Made by a program: the position numbers and the translations under genes. The notes below the pieces were generated by a model. The model saw only the letters and a list, made by a program, of their open reading frames with translations, had not been told where the DNA came from and ran no database searches. Shown here in pieces: positions 9,447 through 19,375 of a stretch of DNA of 64,000 nt (position 1 is the first letter of the stretch; each line of letters begins with the position of its first letter). Source of the DNA: Planctomycetota bacterium (GTDB taxonomy: Bacteria > Planctomycetota > B15-G4); NCBI GenBank assembly GCA_965248575.1, contig CBDFJQ010000002.1, forward strand, positions 224,001-288,000, given 5' to 3'.

Positions 9447-10775
9447 ATGCAAACTCCCGTAGACAAGACGAACCGCTCCGCCGACAGCACCTTCACAGGT
9501 GAAGTGAGCGAGAGGCGGCCGACCATCCTGGTCGCCGACGACTCGGCCCTCAACCGGAAGCTGTTGGTCGCGATCCTCTCCAAAGAGGAATGCACCATCG
9601 TGCAAGCTGTCGATGGCCTCGATGCCTTGTCCAAGGCCCGGGTCGAGAAACCAGACCTCGTGCTGCTCGACATCATGATGCCGGGCAAGGATGGCTACGA
9701 GGTGTGCGCCGAGCTCAAGGCGGACCCCAAGTTCGCGAGCATTCCCGTCATCATCCTGTCTGCTTTGACGGAGCCGTCGGACAAGGTGCGCGCGCTGGAA
9801 CTCGGTGCCGTGGACTACGTCACCAAGCCCTTCGACCGGGGCGAAGTGCTGGCCCGTGTTCGAAACCAGCTGAAGATCCGGAAGCTCGCTGCCTCCCTGC
9901 AGCAGGCCAATCGCGATCTGGTTGCCAAGCAGAAGGACCTGGACGCCGACCTGCTCGCGGCCGGAGACATCCAGCTGAGCCTGATCCCCCGGGCGCGCCC
10001 GGAGATCCCCGGATTCGACATGGCCTGGCGCTTCGTACCCTGCTCCTCCGTCGGTGGCGACATCTTCAACATCGTTCACCTGGACGAAACCCGTATTGCC
10101 CTCTACATGCTCGATGTGAGCGGGCACGGCGTCCCAGCAGCCATGGTGACGGTTTCCGTGGCGCAGAGCCTGACGCCCGATGCAGGAATCGTCGTGGAGC
10201 AGGTCGACGGACACGTGGCAGGCAACGTCTCAGGCCAGGTGTTGCGCTCTCCCTCGAAGGTGGTGGAACGGCTTGACGCCGAGTTCCCGATAGAGCGCTT
10301 CGACAAGTACTTCACCATGGTCTACCTGGTCTTGGATACGGAGACCGGCGAGATGAGCTACTGCAATGCAGCTCATCCGTGCCCCGTTGTCGTGCGCGGC
10401 AACGGGGGCATCGAATTCATGGACGCGGGGGGGACCCTGGTGGGTCTTTGCGGTGTGATGCCCTTCGACGAGGGGCACCTGCGCTTGGAGCCGGGTGACC
10501 GGGTGTTCCTGTTCACCGACGGCATCACCGAGTTCGTCAACCGTGCGGGTGAGGAATTCGGCGAGGAGCGGCTCCGCGACCTGCTCGCCCTCGGGCGATT
10601 GCTGAGTGTGCAGGCAGCCTGCGACAGCGTGGTGACGGCACTTGGCGCATTCGGCCAGGGCATGAGCCCCAACGACGACGTGACCATCACGGGCTTTGAG
10701 TTTCAGGGACAGCCTGTCGACAAGAGTCTCTTGGACCAACCACCGATTGTCCCGCCAAGCGCGGAACGACCTTAG
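9447..10775 (+). CDS. Receiver-domain PP2C/SpoIIE phosphatase (RsbU/RsbP-like)
   Basis: REC (ADDS, LLDIMMP, TKP), a coiled coil, then GGDIF, DVSGHG, NAAHP, FTDG and DDVT. Confidence 0.95.
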   Translation: MQTPVDKTNRSADSTFTGEVSERRPTILVADDSALNRKLLVAILSKEECTIVQAVDGLDALSKARVEKPDLVLLDIMMPGKDGYEVCAELKADPKFASIPVIILSALTEPSDKVRALELGAVDYVTKPFDRGEVLARVRNQLKIRKLAASLQQANRDLVAKQKDLDADLLAAGDIQLSLIPRARPEIPGFDMAWRFVPCSSVGGDIFNIVHLDETRIALYMLDVSGHGVPAAMVTVSVAQSLTPDAGIVVEQVDGHVAGNVSGQVLRSPSKVVERLDAEFPIERFDKYFTMVYLVLDTETGEMSYCNAAHPCPVVVRGNGGIEFMDAGGTLVGLCGVMPFDEGHLRLEPGDRVFLFTDGITEFVNRAGEEFGEERLRDLLALGRLLSVQAACDSVVTALGAFGQGMSPNDDVTITGFEFQGQPVDKSLLDQPPIVPPSAERP

Positions 10776-10786
10776 AAGGAGAAACG

Positions 10787-11125
10787 ATGAAGATCGAAGC
10801 GACTACGCAGGACGAAGTTCTCGTTGTAAAGCTCCACGAAAGCCGCCTGGATTCCTACGTGGCCACGGAGTTCCGCGACGAGATGGACCGGCTCTCCAAG
10901 AACGGTGGGTCGCAGATCGTCCTGGACCTGGGCAACGTGGAATTCGTCGATAGCTCCGGCCTGGGCGCCATCGTCACCACGCAGAAGCGCCTCGGCAGCG
11001 ATCGCGACCTCGTGATCTGCGGTGCCAACGAACCTGTCACGCGCCTCTTCAAGCTCGCTCGCCTCGACAAGATCTTCCGCATCGTCGACTCCGTCGAAGA
11101 CGCGCTGACCTCGCTCTCTTCCTGA
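10787..11125 (+). CDS. STAS-domain anti-sigma factor antagonist
   Basis: LDLGNVEFVDSSGLGAIV and LARLDKIF; AAGGAG RBS. Confidence 0.93.
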   Translation: MKIEATTQDEVLVVKLHESRLDSYVATEFRDEMDRLSKNGGSQIVLDLGNVEFVDSSGLGAIVTTQKRLGSDRDLVICGANEPVTRLFKLARLDKIFRIVDSVEDALTSLSS

Positions 11126-11223
11126 CAGCCGCGGGTTCCTGAGGGGACCCTCCGCCTTGCTGTTGCAGCTCGCATCTGGGCACTGGCCCCGGTCTTGCAC
11201 GAACACTCCAACCGGATCTCGTA

Positions 11224-13740
11224 ATGGCTCGCATGCAGACTCCTCCAACTTCCGCTGACGTCGCAGCTTTCCGCGACGCCATTCTCAAGCACGTGCGCTA
11301 CTCCTTGGGGCGTGATTGGGAAGGGCTCTCCGGACGCGAGCTGTTCCAGGCTGTGTCGCTCGCCGTTCGGGACCACATCGTGGACGGCATGCTGGCCACC
11401 GAGAACCGCTACAAGGATGAAGACCGCAAGCGGATCTACTACTTGTCCATGGAGTTCCTGATGGGCCGGTCGCTGGGCAACAACCTGCACAACCTCGGCC
11501 TGTTCGATGTGTGCAAGGACGCCCTGATGGAGATGGGAGTCGATCTCGAGGAGCTGGAGGCCGGCGAAGTGGATGCCGCGCTCGGAAACGGTGGCCTGGG
11601 GCGCCTGGCCGCGTGCTTCCTGGATTCCATGGCCTCGTTGGACCTGCCGGGCTTCGGCTACGGCATCAACTACGAATTCGGCCTGTTCCAACAGAAGATC
11701 GACAACGGTTGGCAGAAGGAGTTCCCCGACCATTGGCTGGCCTTTGGAACTCCTTGGCAGATCGAGCGCCCCGACGAGCAGGTGCTGGTGCCGCTGTTCG
11801 GGCACATCGAGCAAATGCATGACATGGACGGGGTCCAGAACTCCATGTGGCTCGGTTGGAAGGTTCTGGTGGGTTCGCCGCACGACATGCCCGTGGTGGG
11901 CTACGGCGGCCAGACCGTAAACGTCCTGCGGCTCTACGCGGCCCGTGCCTCCGATGAGTTCGACATGTCGATCTTCAACGAAGGCGACTACATCGAAGCG
12001 GTGAAGCGCAAGGTGGAGAGCGAGACGGTCTCGAAGGTGCTCTACCCGTCCGACGACGTCGAGAAGGGCCGCGAGCTGCGTCTCGTGCAGGAGTACTTCT
12101 TCACGTCCTGCGCCATCCAGAACATCGTGCGCACCTACCTGGACAAGCACGGCGACTTCTCGAAGTTCGCCGAGCGCGTGGCGATCCAGCTGAACGACAC
12201 GCACCCGGCGATGGCTGTGGCTGAGCTGATGCGTGTTCTCATGGACGAGCACGGCATCGAGTGGTCCCAGGCCTGGGAGACGACGCAGGCGACCTTGGCC
12301 TACACGAACCACACGCTCCTGCCGGAGGCCCTGGAGCGCTGGTCCCGTTCCCTCGTGGAACGCGTCCTGCCGCGTCACCTGCAGATCATCGAAGCCATTG
12401 ACGAGCAGTTCCTGGCGTCCGTGCGCGAGCGCTGGCCCATGGATGAGGACAAGCTCGGTCGGATGGCGATCGTGGATCGCAACGAGGCCGACCCCCAGAT
12501 CCGCATGGCCCACCTCGCCATCGTCGGCAGTCACTCCGTCAACGGTGTGGCCGAGCTGCACTCCGAGTTGGTGAAGTCCGAGTTGGTCCCTGACTTCTAT
12601 GAGATGTGGCCGGAGCGCTTCAACAACAAGACTAATGGCGTGACCCAGCGGCGCTGGCTGCTGGCCAGCAACCCGAAGCTGGCAAACCTGATCACGGAGT
12701 GTGTGGGTGAGGGCTGGCTCTTCGACCTTGACCTGCTGCGCGGGCTTGAAGCCCACGTCGATGACCCCTCCTTCCGGGAGGAGTTCCAGTCCATCAAGCG
12801 CGAGAACAAGCAGCGCTTGGGGCAGATCATCCGTGACACGGTGCACGTCACGACGGATGCCGGTTCGATGTTCGACATCCAGGCCAAGCGCATCCACGAG
12901 TACAAGCGCCAGCTGATGTTGGCCATGTACGTCGTGCATGAGTACCTCGGCATCGTCGAGGATGGCGTCATGCCCATCGCTCCGCGCACCGTGGTGTTCG
13001 CCGGCAAGGCGGCGCCCGGTTACTGGGCCGCCAAGCAGCACATCAAGCTGATCAACAACATCGCCGAGGTGGTCAACAACGACCCGCGGGTGCAGGGCAT
13101 GTTGCGGGTCGCCTTCGTCCCGAACTATCGCGTGTCCCTCGCCGAGCGCATCTTCCCGGCCGCCGATCTAAGTGAACAGATCTCCACGGCAGGCATGGAG
13201 GCATCCGGCACGGGCAACATGAAATTCGCCCTGAACGGTGCGCTCACCATGGGCACCCTCGATGGCGCCAACGTCGAGATCCGGGAAGAGGTGGGTGACG
13301 AGAACATCTTCATCTTCGGGACCAGGTCCGAGGAGGTCTCCTCCCTGCGGGCACGCAACGCCTACGACCCGGTGCTGCACTACGAGCGCAGCCCGACCAT
13401 CCAGCGCGTGCTGGACGCCATCGCGGGGCCGATGTTCAGCCGCGAGAACCCCGGCATGTTCAAGTGGATCAAGGAAAGCCTGCTCGAGGGCGGCGACTAC
13501 TTCTTCCTGCTGGCGGATTTTGAGTCCTACGTGGTGACGCAGCAGGCGGCCTCGCGCCTCTTCCTCGACACCGAGACCTGGACGCGCAAGGCCATCCTGA
13601 ATGTCGCCCGCATGGGCAAGTTCTCGAGTGACCGCACCATCCGCGAATACGCCCGGGACATCTGGAATGTGCACCCGGCCGTGTTGCGGCCCGTGCCGAT
13701 CCCGGAGGTCCACGGCAGCGACGAGCCCGTCAGGACCTGA
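11224..13740 (+). CDS. glgP: Glycogen/alpha-glucan phosphorylase (GT35)
   Basis: YYLSMEFLMGR, LGNGGLGRLAACF, QLNDTHP, YTNHT, KRIHEYKRQ, the PLP motif EASGTGNMK, and FSSDRTI. Confidence 0.98.
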   Translation: MARMQTPPTSADVAAFRDAILKHVRYSLGRDWEGLSGRELFQAVSLAVRDHIVDGMLATENRYKDEDRKRIYYLSMEFLMGRSLGNNLHNLGLFDVCKDALMEMGVDLEELEAGEVDAALGNGGLGRLAACFLDSMASLDLPGFGYGINYEFGLFQQKIDNGWQKEFPDHWLAFGTPWQIERPDEQVLVPLFGHIEQMHDMDGVQNSMWLGWKVLVGSPHDMPVVGYGGQTVNVLRLYAARASDEFDMSIFNEGDYIEAVKRKVESETVSKVLYPSDDVEKGRELRLVQEYFFTSCAIQNIVRTYLDKHGDFSKFAERVAIQLNDTHPAMAVAELMRVLMDEHGIEWSQAWETTQATLAYTNHTLLPEALERWSRSLVERVLPRHLQIIEAIDEQFLASVRERWPMDEDKLGRMAIVDRNEADPQIRMAHLAIVGSHSVNGVAELHSELVKSELVPDFYEMWPERFNNKTNGVTQRRWLLASNPKLANLITECVGEGWLFDLDLLRGLEAHVDDPSFREEFQSIKRENKQRLGQIIRDTVHVTTDAGSMFDIQAKRIHEYKRQLMLAMYVVHEYLGIVEDGVMPIAPRTVVFAGKAAPGYWAAKQHIKLINNIAEVVNNDPRVQGMLRVAFVPNYRVSLAERIFPAADLSEQISTAGMEASGTGNMKFALNGALTMGTLDGANVEIREEVGDENIFIFGTRSEEVSSLRARNAYDPVLHYERSPTIQRVLDAIAGPMFSRENPGMFKWIKESLLEGGDYFFLLADFESYVVTQQAASRLFLDTETWTRKAILNVARMGKFSSDRTIREYARDIWNVHPAVLRPVPIPEVHGSDEPVRT

Positions 13741-13791
13741 GGCCTGGTCTTCACCCCGGTAGGCCCCCATTTGGCAGCGGGGGACGGTCCG

Positions 13792-14898
13792 TCAGGACTT
13801 GTCCTTGTCCCGTGGGGGGCCGTTCGAGAGCAGGATGGCCATGCCGCGTGTAGACTCGAAGTTGGCGAACACGATCTGCGCCGTCGCTGTCAGCGGCACC
13901 GCCAGGAACGTTCCGGTGACGCCCCAGAGGGCGGCCCAGACCACCACTGACACCAAGATCACGAGCGGCGAGAGGTTGAGTTCCCGACCCAGCAAGCGCG
14001 GTTCGATGAAACTGCCGAGCATGACGTTCACCACCACGTAGGTGCCGGCCACGATCAGCGGATCAGTGAGCCCTTCGCGATCCGCAAGGGCGGTCGTGAT
14101 TGGGAGGATGGCTGCGGCCAGGCTGCCGAAGGTGGGGATGTAGTTCAGCAGGTAGGTCATGAAGCCGAACAGCAGCGCGTAGGGCAGGTTCAGGTACAGC
14201 AACACCGAGTAGCAGAGCACGCCGGTCGAGAGCGATGTGACCGTCTTCACGCCCAGGTAGCGCTGGATGCGCAGGCTGATGGAGATCAGGGCCTTCTCGG
14301 CATCGGCGCTGCGGTGGCGCGCCATGGCAATGATCTTGCGCCGGAACACCGCCTGCTCCGCGAAGATGAAGACCATGTAGAGCACGACCAGGAACAGGCC
14401 GAGCATGAAGTCCTTCACCGTGCCGAACAAGTTCACGAACAGCGACGTCAGATCGATGCCGTTGATCAGGTTGAGGACGGTGGCCTCACCTTCCTCGGGC
14501 AGTCCAAAGCTCTCGATGCGCTTGAGCAGCTGGGCCTTGAGCTGGCCGATGCCCTGATTGCCGCCGTTGACTTGTTCGCCGTCGACGATTTGTACGCTGC
14601 TGCCGTTGGGCTCGCCCACGAAGTCGCTCAGCTGGGCGAACAGCAGGTAGCCCCCTGTGATCAGGGCGTAAACCAGCAGCGCCAAGAGCAGGACCACCGT
14701 GACCCAGGAAGGGATGCGGTAGCGAGCCAGGGTGCGCACGACGGGCTGCAGCACATTGCAGAGCAGCAGCGCGATGACCAGCGGCTGCAGGATGGGCGCT
14801 GCGGAGATCAGAAGCCAGCCCACCAGGATGGTGGCGACCACGCCCACCAGTGCGGTGAGCGCATGAATGGACGACTTGCTCCCGGGCTGGGTCGACAT
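13792..14898 (-). CDS. AI-2E family transporter
   Basis: Multi-TM; LLNYIPTFG, IEPRLLGRELNLSP and WGVTGTFLAVP. Start reassigned to ATG 14898. Confidence 0.9.
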   Translation of the reverse strand: MSTQPGSKSSIHALTALVGVVATILVGWLLISAAPILQPLVIALLLCNVLQPVVRTLARYRIPSWVTVVLLLALLVYALITGGYLLFAQLSDFVGEPNGSSVQIVDGEQVNGGNQGIGQLKAQLLKRIESFGLPEEGEATVLNLINGIDLTSLFVNLFGTVKDFMLGLFLVVLYMVFIFAEQAVFRRKIIAMARHRSADAEKALISISLRIQRYLGVKTVTSLSTGVLCYSVLLYLNLPYALLFGFMTYLLNYIPTFGSLAAAILPITTALADREGLTDPLIVAGTYVVVNVMLGSFIEPRLLGRELNLSPLVILVSVVVWAALWGVTGTFLAVPLTATAQIVFANFESTRGMAILLSNGPPRDKDKS

Positions 14899-14919
14899 GG
14901 GCGCCAGTCTAGTGTCCGG

Positions 14920-14957
14920 AGCCCGGCATTTCCTCGGGCCATGTCGGGCTTCTTTTT
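14920..14957 (+). terminator. Intrinsic terminator-like hairpin with T tract
   Basis: AGCCCGGCAT-(11 nt)-ATGTCGGGCT stem (one G-U) followed by TCTTTTT. Confidence 0.45.
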
Positions 14958-15053
14958 GGCGGCTGAGTTCGGGCAAGCCCCGGGAGCCTTATGCTCTGGC
15001 TCGACGCGCAGCGGCGGGGCCCGCTGCCGCCCATGTGATCCAGGGAACTCCCC

Positions 15054-16664
15054 ATGCCGCTGCCTGCGCCATCGCCCGCCCGGGCCCCAGCCGCGCCGAA
15101 GGTTCGGTGGATGGTCCGCGGTGACATCGACGGCTTCTTCGGCCTGGCTCTCGACAACCTGGTCCAGCTGATTCTGATCGACAACCTGTGTCGCTTCGTG
15201 CTCGGCTTTCCGACGGAGCTGATCTACGGGCGCATCCTGCCCGGGGTGGCTGTGTCCCTGCTGCTCGGTAATGTGTTCTACGCTTGGCAGGCCATTCGCC
15301 TGGCGCGTCAGGAGGGGCGTGACGATGTGTGCGCCTTGCCCTATGGGATCAACACGCCGTCGCTTTTCGCTCACGTGTTCCTGGTCATGCTGCCCGCCAA
15401 GCTGGCCGCAGAGGCTGCCGGTCTGGCGAACCCCAGTGACATCGCCTGGAAGGCCGGCCTGGTCGCGTGCCTCGGTTCGGGGCTGATCGAGCTGGGAGGG
15501 TCCGTGGTGGCGGAGCGCCTGCGGCGATTCGCACCGCGGGCCGCTCTGCTTTCGACGCTCGCGGGCATCGCCATCACCTTCATCGCGTTGGGTTTCCTGT
15601 TCCGCACCTATGCCCGGCCGATCGTCGGGCTGACGACCCTGGGTGTCGTGTTCCTCACCTTCTTCGGGCGGGTCCGCTTCCGGTGGGGGCTGCCCGGCGG
15701 GTTGGTGGCTGTGGGGCTCGGAACCGCGCTGGCCTTCGCGACGGGGATCGCACCCGTGGGCGGGGCGCCGGCCGCCGGCGCCGGCTTCTACCCGCCTCTC
15801 CTGGCCGCCGGGGCCCTGTTCGAAGGCTTGGGGGAGGGCGTGCTCTGGGCCTCCCTGGCCGTGATCATTCCCATGGGCCTGTTCAATCTCGTGGGTTCAC
15901 TGCAGAACATCGAGTCCGCGGAAGCGAGCGGCGACTCCTTCCGCAGCGGCCCGTCGCTGGCGGTCAACGGCGTGGGCAGCATGGCGGCCGCGCTCTTCGG
16001 GTCGTGCTTTCCCACGACCATCTACATCGGCCACCCGGGCTGGAAGGCCATGGGCGCGCGGGCTGGCTACTCCGTGCTCAACGGGCTGTTCTTCACTGTG
16101 ATCTGCCTGTCGGGTCTCGTCGCCCATGTCGTCTGGGCGGTGCCGGTGGATGCAGGCATGGCTATCGTGCTCTGGATCGGCATTGTCATCACGGCTCAGG
16201 CTTTCCAGGCCACACCGCGCAGCCATGCCCCAGCTGTGGTGGTGGGCTTGCTGCCAGGGATCGCCGCCTGGGGCACCCTGCTCATGAAGACGTCGCTGCG
16301 GGTTGCAGGCTACGGCTCTTCCGACGGGCCTCCCTTGGACGCCTCGCTCATGAGCAGCTTCCAGCAGAGTGATGTGTGGGTGCACGGTGCCTTCGCGCTC
16401 GAGAGTGGCTTCATCTTCACGGCCATGATCCTGGCTGCCACCACGGTCTGCGTCATTGAGCAGCAGTTCCGCCGGGCTGCCGGCTGGTGTTTCTGCGCGG
16501 GGCTCATCAGCTGCACGGGCCTGATGCACGGCTATTCGTTCACCCCCAGCGACACGGTGCTGAAGCTCTCGCTCGAGGCTCCATGGAACAACCCCTGGGC
16601 GCTGGGCTACCTCTTGTTGGCCGCGCTCTTCTTCAGCGCGCCGTGGACGACTCGACCCGAATGA
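15054..16664 (+). CDS. NCS2/AzgA-like nucleobase permease
   Basis: Highly hydrophobic 536 aa with [26 protein letters not shown] and [11 protein letters not shown]. Confidence 0.8.
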   Translation: MPLPAPSPARAPAAPKVRWMVRGDIDGFFGLALDNLVQLILIDNLCRFVLGFPTELIYGRILPGVAVSLLLGNVFYAWQAIRLARQEGRDDVCALPYGINTPSLFAHVFLVMLPAKLAAEAAGLANPSDIAWKAGLVACLGSGLIELGGSVVAERLRRFAPRAALLSTLAGIAITFIALGFLFRTYARPIVGLTTLGVVFLTFFGRVRFRWGLPGGLVAVGLGTALAFATGIAPVGGAPAAGAGFYPPLLAAGALFEGLGEGVLWASLAVIIPMGLFNLVGSLQNIESAEASGDSFRSGPSLAVNGVGSMAAALFGSCFPTTIYIGHPGWKAMGARAGYSVLNGLFFTVICLSGLVAHVVWAVPVDAGMAIVLWIGIVITAQAFQATPRSHAPAVVVGLLPGIAAWGTLLMKTSLRVAGYGSSDGPPLDASLMSSFQQSDVWVHGAFALESGFIFTAMILAATTVCVIEQQFRRAAGWCFCAGLISCTGLMHGYSFTPSDTVLKLSLEAPWNNPWALGYLLLAALFFSAPWTTRPE

Positions 16665-16766
16665 TCCCCTGGGCATTCGCTGGGCGCGGTGTTCTGACCG
16701 CGGCAGCGAGACATGAGCCTTGCGAGCGGGGCGCCACCCTGATGCTCTCCGGGTTACCCTGCGCCG

Positions 16767-17636
16767 ATGCCGCCTATCGAGCCCTCCGATCCGAATCCGG
16801 ATTCCCCTAGCGCTCGAGCGAGGCGTCTTGAGTCGGCGTCGGCCATGAGCATTGAACGCGTGGACTCGGACGGCACCCGAAGTGCGGCGCAAGACGCCGT
16901 GGTGGTGGAGGAGCCGCTCGAAGTCCGCCTGGGGAGCCGGAGCCTGCTGGTGACCATGCGCACGCCGGGCGACGACGGCGATCTCGTGCGAGGCCTGCTC
17001 TACACCGAGGGGCTCGTGCCCGAGCCCGAAGACGTGACCGCCGTTCGAGAATGCCGCGATGTCCCGGATGAGGCCCGGGGCAACGTCATGGTGGTGTCCC
17101 TCCGGAGGGGGGTCGAGCTGGACGAGGAGCGGACCGTGCGGGCTGGCCTGGTGTCGTCCGGCTGTGGCGTCTGTGGCAAGACCACACTGGATGCAATCCA
17201 GGTGGCGACGCCGGCCGTGGCACCGGGACCCGTGCTGAGCTCGAAGTTGCTCTTGGGGTTGCCCGCTGCCTTGCGCCCGAAGCAGGCTGTTTTCGCGTCG
17301 ACCGGCGGGCTGCACGCAGCCGCGCTCTTCGACGAGTCGGGCAAGCTGCTGAGCCTCAAGGAGGACGTGGGCCGCCACAACGCCGTGGACAAGGTGGTGG
17401 GGGAGGCCATGCGCTTCGGCCGCCTGCCGCTCGCCACGAGCATCCTCCTGGTTTCGGGCCGCGCGGGGTTCGAGATCATCCAGAAGGCCCGGCGAGCTGG
17501 CATTCCCGTGGTCTGCTCCGTATCAGCCCCCTCGACCCTGGCCGTTCAACTGGCTCGGGACGGTCGCCAGACCCTCGTAGGCTTCCTGAGAGACGGACGC
17601 TTCAATGTCTACTCGGGAGCGGAGCGGGTGGGCTAG
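16767..17636 (+). CDS. fdhD: Formate dehydrogenase accessory sulfurtransferase
   Basis: EEPLE, TMRTPG, CGVCG, TGGLHAA, EDVGRHNAVDK and SGRAGFE. Confidence 0.95.
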   Translation: MPPIEPSDPNPDSPSARARRLESASAMSIERVDSDGTRSAAQDAVVVEEPLEVRLGSRSLLVTMRTPGDDGDLVRGLLYTEGLVPEPEDVTAVRECRDVPDEARGNVMVVSLRRGVELDEERTVRAGLVSSGCGVCGKTTLDAIQVATPAVAPGPVLSSKLLLGLPAALRPKQAVFASTGGLHAAALFDESGKLLSLKEDVGRHNAVDKVVGEAMRFGRLPLATSILLVSGRAGFEIIQKARRAGIPVVCSVSAPSTLAVQLARDGRQTLVGFLRDGRFNVYSGAERVG

Positions 17637-17770
17637 CGGCGTCACGCCCTCCGGCGCGGTAGTCTGTCCGCGCAGCCCGCTTGCCTCCCCCTCGTCCCCT
17701 CCGCCCTCTCAACCCAACCTGAACCCTCGCCGGCCCACGCATCGCGTGAAGGGGCCGAGCCCGCAGGAGC

Positions 17771-19210
17771 TTGATGATCGTGCATCGCTGTCCAGACGCC
17801 TTGGATTCCCTCAGATGGCTGCTGCTCGTCGCCCTGGCCCTGGCCCCCGCCTGCGGCGTGGATGCGCCTGGCGGACGGAACATCGTGATCATCACCACCG
17901 ACACCACAAGAGCTGATTTTCTAGGGGTTTACGGCTCGAAGCTGGGTGTGACACCACGCCTGGACGCTCTCGCTGCGAAGGGGGTCGTGTACGAGAATGC
18001 CTACGCGCCCATGCCCCAAACGCTGCCCTCGCACTCGACCTTGTTCACGGGTCTGAGCCCCCGGGAGCACCTCGCGCTGGAAAACAGCTATCAACTCGCG
18101 GAGGGCTTCCCGACGCTCGCCGAGCTCTCCAGTGAGCGGGGATATGCCACGGGAGCCTTCATCGGCGCCCTGGTGCTGGACACCGAAACAGGCATTCAGC
18201 AGGGGTTCCAGACTTTCGACCTGCCGCGCGGGGTTTGGAACGAGGGCCGCGAGGGGCACCCGCCCCAGCGCATCGCCGAGCAGGTGACCGCTGCCGCCCT
18301 CAAGTGGGCGGACAACCTGCAGCCCGGCCATCCCTACCTCTTATGGGCCCACTACTACGACCCGCATGGGGACAGCTCCAAGGGCTTCACGCCCCCGGCC
18401 CGCCACCGGGCCAAGATCGACATGCCGGCCCTGCGCGCCCAGATGGCCCAGAGTGAGTCTCTGAGCGACGATCTCCCCCAAGGCGCTCGGACGGAGTTCT
18501 GGGCTCAGTACGCCGCAGAGGTCCGCTACACGGATGAGCAGGTGGGCCTGTTGCTGGACGGGCTCGAGCAGCGCGGCCTCATGAAGGACACCCTCGTCGC
18601 CGTGGTCGGGGACCATGGGGAAGGCCTTTACGAGCACGGTGTGAAGGCCCATGGGGTCTATGTCTGGGAGTCCTTGCACCGGATCCCGATGATTCTCGTC
18701 CATCCCGATGGGGAGCACGCGGGCCGCCGGGTGAGCGGCCGGGCCGCCCTGAGAGACGTCGCGCCCACCCTGAAGCAGCTGGCCATGGGCATCGAGTTCC
18801 CCGCGGGGGCGGGCATGAGTGTCGACCTCTGGTCGCCGCTGGCTGGGGCAGAGGCGCAGCTTCCCGAGCGCCCGGTCTTCCTGGAGCGGCCGCATTACAG
18901 CGAAGATCTGGTGAAGCGGCGCATCAAGGGGGTCGACCTCACGAAGGACAACGCCTACGGCTATCTGACCGCCGTGCTCATGGGACAGCACAAGCTCATC
19001 CGGCATCCGGACGGCTCCTCCCGGCTCTACGATCTCAGCGCGGATCCCGAGGAACTCGTGGATCTGGCAGCATCCGAGCCGGCTTTGCTGGCCAACATGG
19101 AGGGGCTCCTGGCAGATTGGATGGAGGCCAACGAGGTGGGGCTCCCGGGTGAGGGGACTGAGCTGTCGCCCGAGCGCGAGGCAGCGCTCAGGGCACTGGG
19201 ATACCTCTAG
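17771..19210 (+). CDS. Sulfatase-like / alkaline phosphatase superfamily hydrolase, probable lipoprotein
   Basis: Lipobox-like LAPAC, NIVIITTDTTRAD, TLPSHSTLFTG, HYYDPH, GDHGE..HG and LYDLSADPEE. Confidence 0.85.
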   Translation: MMIVHRCPDALDSLRWLLLVALALAPACGVDAPGGRNIVIITTDTTRADFLGVYGSKLGVTPRLDALAAKGVVYENAYAPMPQTLPSHSTLFTGLSPREHLALENSYQLAEGFPTLAELSSERGYATGAFIGALVLDTETGIQQGFQTFDLPRGVWNEGREGHPPQRIAEQVTAAALKWADNLQPGHPYLLWAHYYDPHGDSSKGFTPPARHRAKIDMPALRAQMAQSESLSDDLPQGARTEFWAQYAAEVRYTDEQVGLLLDGLEQRGLMKDTLVAVVGDHGEGLYEHGVKAHGVYVWESLHRIPMILVHPDGEHAGRRVSGRAALRDVAPTLKQLAMGIEFPAGAGMSVDLWSPLAGAEAQLPERPVFLERPHYSEDLVKRRIKGVDLTKDNAYGYLTAVLMGQHKLIRHPDGSSRLYDLSADPEELVDLAASEPALLANMEGLLADWMEANEVGLPGEGTELSPEREAALRALGYL

Positions 19211-19375
19211 GGCCACCGCCGACGGCGGACTCGCCTGACGGGAATCCGAACCGGCGACTTCCCCCGGCCCGGTGCTCTTGGCTACGATGCGACGGACTAC
19301 AAGTTTGGGCCGAACGTTTCGTTGCTGTCGGCCCATAGAAGCCTGTCCTCAGCTCGTCCACGGAGCCGAAAGAGC

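Noticed and set aside
10855..13041. 728-aa minus-strand ORF opposite glgP, and similar long antisense ORFs (20744-22255, 22744-23952, 27256-29787, 33822-35597, 39029-40942, 55472-57241)
   Set aside because: These are shadow ORFs caused by high GC3 codon bias on the real strand. They have no recognisable motifs and overlap well-supported genes.
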